DNA of 28,450 nt from a virus (taxonomy: Duplodnaviria; Caudoviricetes). The stretch spans positions 1 through 28,450 of IMG/VR virus record IMGVR_UViG_3300032330_002128; one strand, written 5' to 3'. Positions 9,641-17,800 of the stretch are shown piece by piece. A program made the translations under genes and the position numbers. The notes below the pieces were generated by a model, which did no database searches, was not told the origin of the DNA, and saw nothing but the letters and a program-made list of their open reading frames with translations. Numbering within the stretch: the first letter of the stretch is position 1; each line of letters opens with the position of its first letter.

Positions 9641-9665
9641 GAAACCCTTGATTTATCAAGGTTTC
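9641..9665. repeat. isolated near-perfect palindrome GAAACCCTTGATTTATCAAGGTTTC
   Basis: Inverted repeat around TTTA; the TTGA-N-TCAA core resembles the array boxes. Confidence 0.55.
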
Positions 9666-9888
9666 ACGCCCATCACTAACACAATAAACAATACTCTATA
9701 TACACAGCATAACAAACAAACATAGTGAGCATAATACAAAGCATCTTAAAAAAGTGTGTTGGTGGGTGGGTTGTGGAGTGATTTGCCAACTCTCAATCTC
9801 CAAAACTACTTTTTACGACTAAAATACACCAAATTTTCCGCTTGCAAAAAACCCTACAACCCTTATACTATAAGGGATTCAGAGCACT

Positions 9889-10089
9889 ATGATAAGAAAA
9901 ATAACAGCAATAACACTGGGACTATTTGTGTCGATTTTGATAGCAATAGCGTGCGGAATAGTGGTGGGAGTAGCATCCTATTTGGACTTTTGGAGGGCGT
10001 TGTTCGCTTCTTTGGAGGGTAAAGAGGAGCCTATTGGCGTTTGGGATAGGCACATTGCTCGTTTAGAAGAGCAAAACAAAAAGGATTAA
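9889..10089 (+). CDS. small membrane protein
   Basis: N-terminal hydrophobic helix; TTGCAA...TATACT promoter-like sequence upstream. Confidence 0.65.
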   Translation: MIRKITAITLGLFVSILIAIACGIVVGVASYLDFWRALFASLEGKEEPIGVWDRHIARLEEQNKKD

Positions 10090-10096
10090 TGGAGTA

Positions 10097-10160
10097 TTTG
10101 TATTAGTAGATACGAAATGACCAATAAGTGGTGTCGTGTTTGTATTAGTAGATACGAAAT
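10097..10160. repeat. 22-bp perfect direct repeat TTTGTATTAGTAGATACGAAAT (10097-10118, 10139-10160)
   Basis: Read directly from the sequence. Confidence 0.85.
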
Positions 10161-10330
10161 TTGTTTGGCTTGCCCCTCGACAGATTCTTCCAACGGTCTT
10201 TCAACTTCAGTTCCCTTTTTAATAAAGCAGCCACAGCGTTCTTGCATAGGAAGTCTCTTTCATTGAGATCGTGTTCTGCAAAAAATTTTTCAAGCAAATA
10301 AAGGAGTTGAGTTTGTTCTGGTTTATTCAT
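10145..10330 (-). CDS. small basic hypothetical protein
   Basis: ATG at 10330 (MNKPEQTQ...) overlapping the upstream gene's end. Confidence 0.6.
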   Translation of the reverse strand: MNKPEQTQLLYLLEKFFAEHDLNERDFLCKNAVAALLKRELKLKDRWKNLSRGKPNKFRIY

Positions 10331-10802
10331 ATTCTTTATAAGAGATATCGTTAACAAAGCTGCAAAATAAACTTTCAGCAGAGATGGGATGAATATTGTT
10401 AAAAAACTCCTGAGCAACTTGCGTAGCACCCACCGAGCTTTCACGAAATTGATTTAATAATTGTTTTTCTATGTTGGAATCTTCATGAAAAACGTGGCGA
10501 CTCCAGATGCAAAACAAATCATCCACTGATGATCCACCGTAACAAATAAAATTGTTTACATGGTCGGATATCCTTTTGAAAGGTGCAGTAGTTTTCCCCA
10601 ATTTAATTCTGCGCTGTTTCGCATCGCATACACAATAAATAAAATAAGATTTATTTGGAGCTTTTATTTTTTTGAGAAAGGAGTATTCTTTATCGGTTTG
10701 CATTACGAATATGTTATTGATTAATATAGAGCGTTCGCCAAAAATATTCCCATAAATATCTTGATCTCTTTTTTTACTAGCGTATAATTGTAAGGGATTC
10801 AT
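10323..10802 (-). CDS. GIY-YIG-like nuclease (T5orf172/Mug113-like)
   Basis: 'FIYCVCD...RRIKLGKTTAPFKRI', 'IEKQLLNQF', 'EFF'; ATG 10802 is preceded by the GTGTAA motif. Confidence 0.65.
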   Translation of the reverse strand: MNPLQLYASKKRDQDIYGNIFGERSILINNIFVMQTDKEYSFLKKIKAPNKSYFIYCVCDAKQRRIKLGKTTAPFKRISDHVNNFICYGGSSVDDLFCIWSRHVFHEDSNIEKQLLNQFRESSVGATQVAQEFFNNIHPISAESLFCSFVNDISYKEYE

Positions 10803-10877
10803 ATTCGTATTTACACCGACAAACACTCCATGTGAAATTACGAACGATTTTCCACTAAATAAACAAAAATAAATAAA

Positions 10878-11063
10878 ATGAACAACGACAACAACACCAA
10901 CTGCGACAATATGTCACACCCACAGGAAATCTCGCCCATCAAAAAGAAATGGATGATGGCTCAGTATCAAAGACTTATTAATCTGATTCCACATGGTAAG
11001 CACAAGAAGCAAAAGGGAACAAAAGGTGCTTTTGGCAATCGCAAACGATTGGCGTCCAAATAA
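10878..11063 (+). CDS. small basic hypothetical protein
   Basis: 61-aa ORF with an A-rich leader. Confidence 0.5.
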   Translation: MNNDNNTNCDNMSHPQEISPIKKKWMMAQYQRLINLIPHGKHKKQKGTKGAFGNRKRLASK

Positions 11064-11106
11064 ATTAATCACGAATTATTCAATCACAAATAAAGATCCG
11101 CCAAAT

Positions 11107-11268
11107 ATGAACAAGAAAACGCCAAATAAAAAGAGCGAACAAGATCTGTTGTGCGAAATCGCTGATGAAGTAAAATCTTTGGTGCTGTCAGTGGTTTTCA
11201 TCCTAATCGCAGCTTTGATATTGTTTTCTATACTTTGGCCCGCTTTGGAGTTTTTTAATGTGTTTTAA
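11107..11268 (+). CDS. small membrane protein
   Basis: ATG 11107; C-terminal hydrophobic helix. Confidence 0.55.
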   Translation: MNKKTPNKKSEQDLLCEIADEVKSLVLSVVFILIAALILFSILWPALEFFNVF

Positions 11269-11312
11269 TTGGTAAGGGCAAATTCTGGTGCGCTTTTTTA
11301 ATCAAAAATATA

Positions 11313-11341
11313 TTGACGCCGCGACTGAACCAAGGTAGAGT
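11313..11341 (+). promoter_or_regulatory. sigma70-type promoter
   Basis: TTGACG-17 bp-TAGAGT, 9 nt before ATG 11351. Confidence 0.65.
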
Positions 11342-11350
11342 CTTCCCAAC

Positions 11351-11602
11351 ATGAGCAACGAAGCACAAACCAAACGTAGAGGAAGGCCATCAGGATCGAA
11401 TTCTTTTGAGCGCATCAGAATGGCCGATTTAATTTCTTTGATTGGAGAGAATGGCACTGTGCCTGTTTCCAAAATCTGGCTGCGTGAAATGGGCGTAGTT
11501 ATTGGCGAGCAACCTGCGCCGATTCAAATTGCGGCGGTGCCTGTTCCCGTAGCAGAAGAAGAAAAAATCTCCTTCTCCTTCACTCGATTTGATGAAGAAT
11601 AA
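11351..11602 (+). CDS. small protein with AT-hook-like motif
   Basis: 'KRRGRPSGS' near the N-terminus; acidic C-terminus. Confidence 0.75.
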   Translation: MSNEAQTKRRGRPSGSNSFERIRMADLISLIGENGTVPVSKIWLREMGVVIGEQPAPIQIAAVPVPVAEEEKISFSFTRFDEE

Positions 11603-11604
11603 AA

Positions 11605-11633
11605 TTGACACACCCTGTTTATTGATTCATTCT
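11605..11633 (+). promoter_or_regulatory. sigma70-type promoter of the ruvB-like gene
   Basis: TTGACA-17 bp-CATTCT. Confidence 0.6.
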
Positions 11634-11661
11634 CTCTCCAGCAACCAAACCTCAATACATT

Positions 11662-12561
11662 ATGTTTAAAGAACTCATCGGACAAGACCACATCAAAAGC
11701 TCTCTTCAGTTTTATGTAGAAGCTTCCAATCGCGGCGGCGCGGTTCCTCCTCTTCTTTTCACTGGTGCGCGTGGGCTCGGCAAAACTGAGTTTGCCCGCC
11801 AAATGGCCAAGAATCTCAAGAAACCTGTGTTAGAGTTGAATTGTTCGACTATCAAAAACAACACTCAATTCTTTGAACAGATTTTCGTGCCTATTGTCAT
11901 GGGGAATGAGATTGTTTTGATTTTCGATGAGTGCCATGCACTACCCAAGGAACTGCAAAATGCTTTTCTTACTGTGTTTAACGTGGAGAAGCACACTCGC
12001 AAGCATTTCGAATGGCAAGGCTCCACTATGGAGTTTGACTTTACCAAACAAACTTACTTGTTTGCTACCACTGAGCCTGACAAAATCTTCACTCCACTCA
12101 AGGATCGTTTCGAGGAAATTGATTTCCGCCCCTATACTGAAATCGAACTGAGCAGCATTCTTAAAAAACGTGCAGACTGGGTTGATGTTGATGTTTCTTT
12201 GCTTCCTGTGATTGCTGATACTCTTCGCGGCAATGCTCGTTCCGCTGTTAAACGCGCCAAACAAATTGAGATGTTCTGCGAAACCAAGAACGTCAGCAAG
12301 TTCGGCGCAACAGAATGGAAACAAATGTGTGTTGTGCTGGGCATCAAAGCAAATGGTCTGACCAATGCTGAAACGCAGGTGCTGCAAATTCTCAAAGAGC
12401 GCGGTGCTTGTTCGCTGGCTATGTTGGCTGCGGCTACTGGTTTGTCACGCACTGCCTTGCAAAAAGACGTTGAAATGCATCTGCTGCGCAAAGGTTACAT
12501 GCGCATCAATGGACTTCGTGAGATCACTGGCCTAGGCCAAAATGCTTTGTCGAAAGCGTAA
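11662..12561 (+). CDS. ruvB: RuvB-like Holliday junction branch-migration AAA+ ATPase
   Basis: 'ELIGQDHIK', Walker A 'GARGLGKT', Walker B 'IFDECH', 'FATT', 'PLKDRF', 'RGNARSA'; C-terminal winged helix 'GLTNAETQVL...VEMHLLRKGYM...GLREIT'. Confidence 0.85.
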   Translation: MFKELIGQDHIKSSLQFYVEASNRGGAVPPLLFTGARGLGKTEFARQMAKNLKKPVLELNCSTIKNNTQFFEQIFVPIVMGNEIVLIFDECHALPKELQNAFLTVFNVEKHTRKHFEWQGSTMEFDFTKQTYLFATTEPDKIFTPLKDRFEEIDFRPYTEIELSSILKKRADWVDVDVSLLPVIADTLRGNARSAVKRAKQIEMFCETKNVSKFGATEWKQMCVVLGIKANGLTNAETQVLQILKERGACSLAMLAAATGLSRTALQKDVEMHLLRKGYMRINGLREITGLGQNALSKA

Positions 12562-12573
12562 TGTGAGTGGTTG

Positions 12574-12609
12574 AGGTGGGGTGGAGAAATCTGCCCCGCC
12601 TTTGCTTTT
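12574..12609 (+). terminator. rho-independent terminator
   Basis: AGGTGGGGTGGA-GAAA-TCTGCCCCGCCT followed by a T-rich tail. Confidence 0.8.
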
Positions 12610-12652
12610 CTCTGTTGACAACCACAATTCAAACAACTAATTTCTCCCCGAC

Positions 12653-13063
12653 ATGAAACCTCTCAACTACATCATCAGCAACAACGGACTCGGCATCGCC
12701 GTAGGCATCACAGGCGACAAACAACTTGCCACAGAAGCTGCAACCCTAGCGGAAAACATCTATGGATCAAACACATCAGACAATCTTTTTGCTGGTCTTA
12801 TTCACATGGCTAGTGTGGAGCAATTCAAAAAGTTCCTTACGTTAAAAGAATACTTTTTGATTTGGGATGAACACTGGACAAAGAATCGAGTATCAGGTCG
12901 CCGCGATGCCGCACTGGTGATGCAGTTCACGCGCCGCGCAATTAAACGCGCAAAACTTATCATGGAGTCTAATGTATCATACCAGAACTTCATGCATCAA
13001 ATCAGCAACCGCAACGCCGAATATCAAATTGGTGGTTATCAAGATGAGCGAGGAGAAGATTAA
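12653..13063 (+). CDS. hypothetical protein
   Basis: 136-aa ORF; TTGACA-17-TAATTT promoter at 12615-12643. Confidence 0.7.
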   Translation: MKPLNYIISNNGLGIAVGITGDKQLATEAATLAENIYGSNTSDNLFAGLIHMASVEQFKKFLTLKEYFLIWDEHWTKNRVSGRRDAALVMQFTRRAIKRAKLIMESNVSYQNFMHQISNRNAEYQIGGYQDERGED

Positions 13064-13228
13064 AGAAACATTAGAATCACTCTGCGGTATAGTGTGAAGG
13101 AGAAACTGTAAAACAGCAAATAACAAAACGCCAAATAAGCAAATAGCAAATAATAAAACGCTTAATAAGGTGTGTGAGCAGTTGATCGTGCGACCTGTTG
13201 ATCATCAGCGACTTATGATGTAAAAGTT

Positions 13229-13305
13229 GTAAGTCGTTGGTTTTCAATGAGTTATGGCGGGCGGGGGGCCGCGCCTTCGTAACTCGTTGATTTTTAATGA
13301 GTTAC
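13229..13305. repeat. 77-bp cassette-boundary element, copy 1
   Basis: Box GTAAGTCGTTGGTTTTCAATGAGTTAT + GGCGGGCGGGGGGCCGCGCCTTC + box GTAACTCGTTGATTTTTAATGAGTTAC; extra degenerate box at 13190-13216. Confidence 0.95.
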
Positions 13306-13562
13306 ACAACCCACGGATCAACGCCGAATTTTTCTGCCAGTTCTTCTGATAGATCCATCTCAACATCTATCGGATCGCAATAGCCCCAGTAACCAAACCA
13401 TTCGTTAGATTGCTCTGTTAGATTAGATTTGGCGCGGGCCTTAGAGTCGAAATGCAGGCGGTTCCTGCGGCAGTAACCGCAAGAACCATTGCAACGGCAT
13501 GACCAATCAAAACGGCGACTGTCGAATTTTTTCGGGTAATCTTTTTTGATTGATCGGCTCAT
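13302..13562 (-). CDS. small Cys-rich basic/acidic hypothetical protein
   Basis: 'SCRCNGSCGYC' motif; stop codon lies inside repeat copy 1. Confidence 0.7.
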   Translation of the reverse strand: MSRSIKKDYPKKFDSRRFDWSCRCNGSCGYCRRNRLHFDSKARAKSNLTEQSNEWFGYWGYCDPIDVEMDLSEELAEKFGVDPWVV

Positions 13563-13571
13563 GATTAAAAA

Positions 13572-13877
13572 TTAAATGTAAAGTTCAACAATCCGCTTGG
13601 CATCGGCAAGGCCAAGGCAAGTCGTGCTGGAAGCATTGAGCGGGCCATAGAAAAAGTGGAAACTTTGCATGTGGTTCTGGGAGAACGTGCGCAGTTCTTT
13701 GATTGCCGCAATCTTTTCATTCCAAGGAGAAAATTTCTGTACGAGGTTTCTCACAGCTGTTTGGAATTCGAAAGCGGTAACGTTGGGTGTGGATTGTTCA
13801 ATCATGAACTCGCGAAAAGAACGCGATTCGATCATGAGGTTATGAAGCAGGGCGGGAGGTAGGAATGCGATTTTCAT
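13572..13877 (-). CDS. protein with ribosomal L7/L12 C-terminal-like motif
   Basis: 'KIAAIKELR...LGLADAKRIVE' matches the L7/L12 CTD signature KI.AIK..R....GL.EAK..VE. Confidence 0.65.
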   Translation of the reverse strand: MKIAFLPPALLHNLMIESRSFREFMIEQSTPNVTAFEFQTAVRNLVQKFSPWNEKIAAIKELRTFSQNHMQSFHFFYGPLNASSTTCLGLADAKRIVELYI

Positions 13878-13916
13878 GCAGTTAGTTTCTATGGTTTGGA
13901 GAATCAGTCAAGAGAA

Positions 13917-14279
13917 TTATTTCGCGTTGGTGGCGTAGATCATGCGGCCCTTGATGAAAACCTTGTCGGCAGTGTCAACATATTTTTCACCGTCGTAGAA
14001 CCGCTCCAATTTATATGGGTTATAAGTTATCAAATCCATCCATTCATCTTGTTTTGACCGCTTCACAAGATCGTCACATATGAAAGTGCCGCAGATGTAA
14101 GCGTGAACATTTTTGCGCTTGTTTTTGAGAACACGCTGGCGACCACGTTCCGACACCTTAAATGTTACATTTATCAGGGTGACACTTTGGCAATACCTAA
14201 CAACTTTCCATGAGCCATTGATCTTGGCTTGAACGGAAAGCAATTTCTTGTTCAAATTAAAATATACTCTTACTTTCAT
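13917..14279 (-). CDS. hypothetical phage protein
   Basis: ATG 14279 'MKVRVYFNLNKKLLSVQ...FKVSERGRQRVL..KRKNVHAY...TYNPYK', which reads as a recurrent phage family. Confidence 0.8.
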   Translation of the reverse strand: MKVRVYFNLNKKLLSVQAKINGSWKVVRYCQSVTLINVTFKVSERGRQRVLKNKRKNVHAYICGTFICDDLVKRSKQDEWMDLITYNPYKLERFYDGEKYVDTADKVFIKGRMIYATNAK

Positions 14280-14297
14280 TTGGTGTAAATTATTTAT

Positions 14298-14747
14298 ATG
14301 AAAACCTGCACAACCTGTCAACAAGAAAAATCATTAAAAGAATTTTCCGAAGTAATTCCTAAATCTGGCCCAAGTTTTAGAAGAAATGTCTGCAAAAGTT
14401 GCATTCATGAAGCACAGCGTAAAGCTGGAATCGAAAGATTTGGCGGCGAAGAAGGGTTTAAAAACTATCGACATAAAGTTAGCTTGAAAAGCAGGATAAA
14501 AAAATTATACGAATTAGAATTGGAGGAGGCAGAAAATTTATTATTTTCTCAGGATAACAAATGTAAAATTTGCTTAACAGGAATTAGTTTTGGGAGATTA
14601 TTAGATAGAAATTCAGTTGCTTGTATCGACCATTGCCATCGCACTAAAAAAGTAAGAGGCATATTATGTCATAAATGTAATGTAGCAATAGGACTGCTCC
14701 AAGAATCACAAGAAATTATTAAAAGAGCTTGCGACTATTTATCATAG
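14298..14747 (+). CDS. endonuclease VII-family (His-Me finger) homing endonuclease
   Basis: 'QDNKCKIC...IDHCHRTKKVRGILCHKCNVAIGLL'; N-terminal CxxC...CxxC; opposite strand to its neighbours and AT-rich. Confidence 0.9.
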   Translation: MKTCTTCQQEKSLKEFSEVIPKSGPSFRRNVCKSCIHEAQRKAGIERFGGEEGFKNYRHKVSLKSRIKKLYELELEEAENLLFSQDNKCKICLTGISFGRLLDRNSVACIDHCHRTKKVRGILCHKCNVAIGLLQESQEIIKRACDYLS

Positions 14748-14830
14748 TAATCTTTATAACTTTCATGGCGGGGAAAAACTACTTTGTTTTGATGTTTCTA
14801 TCAATGTTTTTTTATGTATTTTTTCCCTTT

Positions 14831-14907
14831 GTAACTCATTGATTTTCAAGCACTTATGACGGCGCGGCCCCCCGTTTTTTGTAACTCGTTGATTATCAGT
14901 GACTTAT
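14831..14907. repeat. 77-bp element, copy 2 (central spacer inverted)
   Basis: GTAACTCATTGATTTTCAAGCACTTAT + GACGGCGCGGCCCCCCGTTTTTT + GTAACTCGTTGATTATCAGTGACTTAT. Confidence 0.93.
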
Positions 14908-14936
14908 GACAACGCCGTTTTTTCTTGACAAAGTGG

Positions 14937-14958
14937 CCCCGCCCCTTGCGGGGCGAGG
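14937..14958 (-). terminator. GCAA-tetraloop hairpin (terminator-like); also at 16190-16211, ~17323-17347 and ~21988-22012
   Basis: On the - strand CCTCGCCCC-GCAA-GGGGCGGGG just after the gene stop; the U-tract is short. Confidence 0.65.
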
Positions 14959-14971
14959 CTGTTAGAACCAG

Positions 14972-15169
14972 TTAGATCTCTTTGAGAACCTCCTCGATTT
15001 TTTCCACAATGTCGGGCATGTCGGCAACGCCATAACCTAACGGCAAGCCAACCATCCCATCCGATACGGGATAAACCGTTAGATTGGAAACCTTGCCGTC
15101 GTCGTGTGTGGCATCTGCTAGAAATTCACCGATTTCTTCAGTGGCAATGATGGTGCGAAAAATTTTCAT
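14972..15169 (-). CDS. small acidic hypothetical protein
   Basis: 65-aa ORF; stop lies in ATCTAAC. Confidence 0.7.
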   Translation of the reverse strand: MKIFRTIIATEEIGEFLADATHDDGKVSNLTVYPVSDGMVGLPLGYGVADMPDIVEKIEEVLKEI

Positions 15170-15231
15170 CTTTTAAAACAGGCAATGCAGGCGAAGAGCA
15201 AGAGAAGGAAAAGTGTTAAAGCGGGGTCCAT
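15166..15231 (-). CDS. 21-aa hydrophobic microprotein
   Basis: MDPALTLFLLLLFACIACFKR*; TAATG overlap upstream and ATGA overlap downstream. Confidence 0.5.
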   Translation of the reverse strand: MDPALTLFLLLLFACIACFKR

Positions 15232-15947
15232 TAACCGACCTCGCTTTCCACTGGCTCCAAGACGAAACCAGTTAGATCTTTCTTTGCGCGGCCCTTTTCG
15301 ACTAGGCCAATGATTTTTCCTTTACCGTCTAAAAAGCGAACGTCGGTTTCGTCGCCATTGACAACCTCGGCACCGAAAAAACTAACTGGTAGAGACTTGC
15401 GGAAAACAACAGCCACATTGCCTCCAGATTTAAGAACAGATTCAACCAATTGGCTAGGAGTATTTTCCTTGCGGGAAAACGTCAAATGGTAATTGCTGGG
15501 CATTTCGCCCGATAGAAAAGTGGACATGCGGGCCGATGACGCCGTGTAATCGTAAAATTGAACGTCTGGAAACATTGCGAAAATGCTTTTGCCGTCCAGA
15601 GAAATTTTCTCCCATGGCAGATCACTGGTTAGATTCAAGCGGAAAACAGCTTTCATGCCATTTTTATTTGCTTTTTTAATTGCCGCCGTGATTTCCTTGA
15701 CGAGCTGACGCATAAACGCGCTCTTATCAGCAAAGAACAAACGAGTTTTTGCAATCCGCGCATTTTGCACGGTCGAGTAAACTCCCATGCCTGCCGTGTT
15801 GAGACAAGCAGCGGAACAACCAGCGGAAGCGTCTTTGCAAGTATTGAATCCCGAAAGATTCGACGGAGCAAGATGCACGCCGAATGTTTGGAAGCCTAGT
15901 TTTTCGCCTTTGCGAATTTTGGTGTTGGAAGTGGTGAGCAATTTCAT
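15231..15947 (-). CDS. GP88-like phage protein (Cys-containing, radical-SAM-like)
   Basis: 'NTKIRK...LAPS...C..AS.GC.AACLNTAG.G', 'RLNLTSDLPWE', 'QFYDYT', 'NYHLTFSR', 'NVAVVF', 'NGDETDVRFLD'; start set by the promoter at 15956-15983. Confidence 0.7.
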   Translation of the reverse strand: MKLLTTSNTKIRKGEKLGFQTFGVHLAPSNLSGFNTCKDASAGCSAACLNTAGMGVYSTVQNARIAKTRLFFADKSAFMRQLVKEITAAIKKANKNGMKAVFRLNLTSDLPWEKISLDGKSIFAMFPDVQFYDYTASSARMSTFLSGEMPSNYHLTFSRKENTPSQLVESVLKSGGNVAVVFRKSLPVSFFGAEVVNGDETDVRFLDGKGKIIGLVEKGRAKKDLTGFVLEPVESEVG

Positions 15948-16073
15948 ACGGCCAAAGAATAGCTCAATGAATGGGTTTGTCAACGGATTTTGTGATGATT
16001 TCGAATCTTTTTTTTTCTAACGGAAGTTGACAACACTGAGCTGATAGATTTTTGATAGAGTTCCGATAGATTC

Positions 16074-16150
16074 ATAACTCGTTGATTTTCAACGACTTAC
16101 AGCGGCGCGGGGGCCGCGCCTTCGTAACTCATTGGTTTTCAACGACTTAC
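16074..16150. repeat. 77-bp element, copy 3
   Basis: ATAACTCGTTGATTTTCAACGACTTAC + AGCGGCGCGGGGGCCGCGCCTTC + GTAACTCATTGGTTTTCAACGACTTAC. Confidence 0.95.
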
Positions 16151-16224
16151 GAAAAACGCTTTTGCAAACGATTTTTGTTGACAAACCAACCCCACCCCTT
16201 GCGGGGTGAGGCCGTTAGACTCAG

Positions 16225-17022
16225 TTAGACGCCAGCGACTACCAAGGTTTCGATTTCATCTTCGGGAGCATCGGCGGCGTCAATCACCGATTCAATGATT
16301 GGGCGATGGCCAGCCACACGGTCAAAGATGCTTTGTGTTGTCATCGTGCGGAATGGCAACTTGGAAAGATCACCACCCTTGAGGTTTTCGGTAATGGAGT
16401 TGTAAAGAGTCCAGAGAGTGCCTCCCTTGAATTCCTCATGACGAGGATTGCGGAACTCTTGCACGGCGTTGTAGATTTCGCGGGCAGGGAACGCCTTAGA
16501 ATCCACAAGGTCAATCAGCAGGTCAGCAGCACGGTCGCGGCTAATTTCGGTTTGCTGATACGACTCAATCCGTTTGCCCATGTCATTCCAGTGAGAAACG
16601 ACACGACCAACAGCATCGCCAAGAATGCGCGGAAGGTCCGTCATGATGTGGGTTGTGTGGCGGCGAGCCAGTTTGATGTCAGACGAGAAACAAAGATTTT
16701 CGCAGACCATCATGCGATTGCCGACGCAGATGCTGGCGGCAAAGCTTTTGTCGTGAGCGTTACGCAAACCAAGAACGATTTGACGATCCGATCCTTCAAT
16801 GTCGGCACCCTTGAGGGCGAAGCCACCGAAGTAGCGTTGACCACCGCGAGCAAGCGAATGCTCTTCCAGTTCGATTGAAAGACCAGCGCGGCCAATAGCC
16901 TCGCGAGTGAGTTCCACAAGACCGAAGTGAGGAATCGGCATGAAACGATCAGAAGCCTCGGGAGTTTGAACGCCCATAAGTTGATCTGCATTGACTTTGT
17001 TTTTAGCGATGATGAGTGACAT
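16225..17022 (-). CDS. DUF932/DUF945-like protein
   Basis: 'PIPHFGLV', 'LGLRNAHDKSFA..ICVG.RMMVCENLCF', 'RRHT', 'TLWTLYNSITE'. Confidence 0.8.
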   Translation of the reverse strand: MSLIIAKNKVNADQLMGVQTPEASDRFMPIPHFGLVELTREAIGRAGLSIELEEHSLARGGQRYFGGFALKGADIEGSDRQIVLGLRNAHDKSFAASICVGNRMMVCENLCFSSDIKLARRHTTHIMTDLPRILGDAVGRVVSHWNDMGKRIESYQQTEISRDRAADLLIDLVDSKAFPAREIYNAVQEFRNPRHEEFKGGTLWTLYNSITENLKGGDLSKLPFRTMTTQSIFDRVAGHRPIIESVIDAADAPEDEIETLVVAGV

Positions 17023-17205
17023 ACTTTTGTTGGTTGCTTGGTTTGGATTGAGTGCCTTTCTTGCGGCGACAGGGAAAGATTAACACAGGCAGCGAGTTTG
17101 TCCACACCTTTTTGATTGTTTTTGTGCGATTTATTTTGCAGTATCTTTTGTTTATTGCTTGACAGGCAAAACTAACAACTGACTAACAGAATGCTAACAA
17201 ACTAT

Positions 17206-17282
17206 GTAACTCGTTGATTTTCAACGACTTACGGCGGCGCGGGGGCCGCGCTCGCGTAACTGCTTGATTATCAGTGAGTTAC
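17206..17282. repeat. 77-bp element, copy 4
   Basis: GTAACTCGTTGATTTTCAACGACTTAC + GGCGGCGCGGGGGCCGCGCTCGC + GTAACTGCTTGATTATCAGTGAGTTAC. Confidence 0.95.
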
Positions 17283-17358
17283 GAAAAACGCGCGTTAAAT
17301 GATTTTTTTTGTTGACAAAGCGGCCCCACCCCTTGCGGGGCGGGGCGGTTAGAGGCCG

Positions 17359-17760
17359 TTAGATGGAAACCTGCATTTCCTTTTTCAGCTTGCCACATTG
17401 AAAAGTGACAACGCGGTCGTTATGAGCAGCAGCCCAAGTTTCAGTGTTACGGTTGACAAACGGGACGAATCCAGCTTGGCGAACCGTATCGCTGCCACTT
17501 TTCAAAAGGCGGTTGTATTTGTCTTTGCCGTTGATGATGCGGGTGGTTCCGTCATTTTTGACAAACGTGATGGAAAAGAACTTTCCCTTGGTTTGGTTGA
17601 TGAGGGTATCCAGTTCGGTGCGGATTGCGGTTGGAGTCATGGTTTTTATTTCTTTGGTTTTCAGTTTTTTATTGAGAAGAAATTCTTGGATTGCGGAAAT
17701 TGTGATGAGGGCGATGCAGATTGCGGCGAAGGCGAGGGCGATGTTTTCGATGGTGACCAT
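17359..17760 (-). CDS. hypothetical protein: N-terminal TM helix plus SH3/WYL_2-like beta-barrel
   Basis: ATG 17760 follows the promoter at 17786-17814; 'GKFFSITFVKNDGTTRII' is typical of phage SH3-fold proteins; alternative start at 17640. Confidence 0.65.
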   Translation of the reverse strand: MVTIENIALAFAAICIALITISAIQEFLLNKKLKTKEIKTMTPTAIRTELDTLINQTKGKFFSITFVKNDGTTRIINGKDKYNRLLKSGSDTVRQAGFVPFVNRNTETWAAAHNDRVVTFQCGKLKKEMQVSI

Positions 17761-17800
17761 TTGGTTTGGTTTGGTTACGGGTGAGAGAATGAGGGATTTT

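Noticed and set aside
9756-10022. 88-aa + strand ORF
   Set aside because: Non-ATG start, overlaps the better 9889-10089 ORF and spans its promoter.
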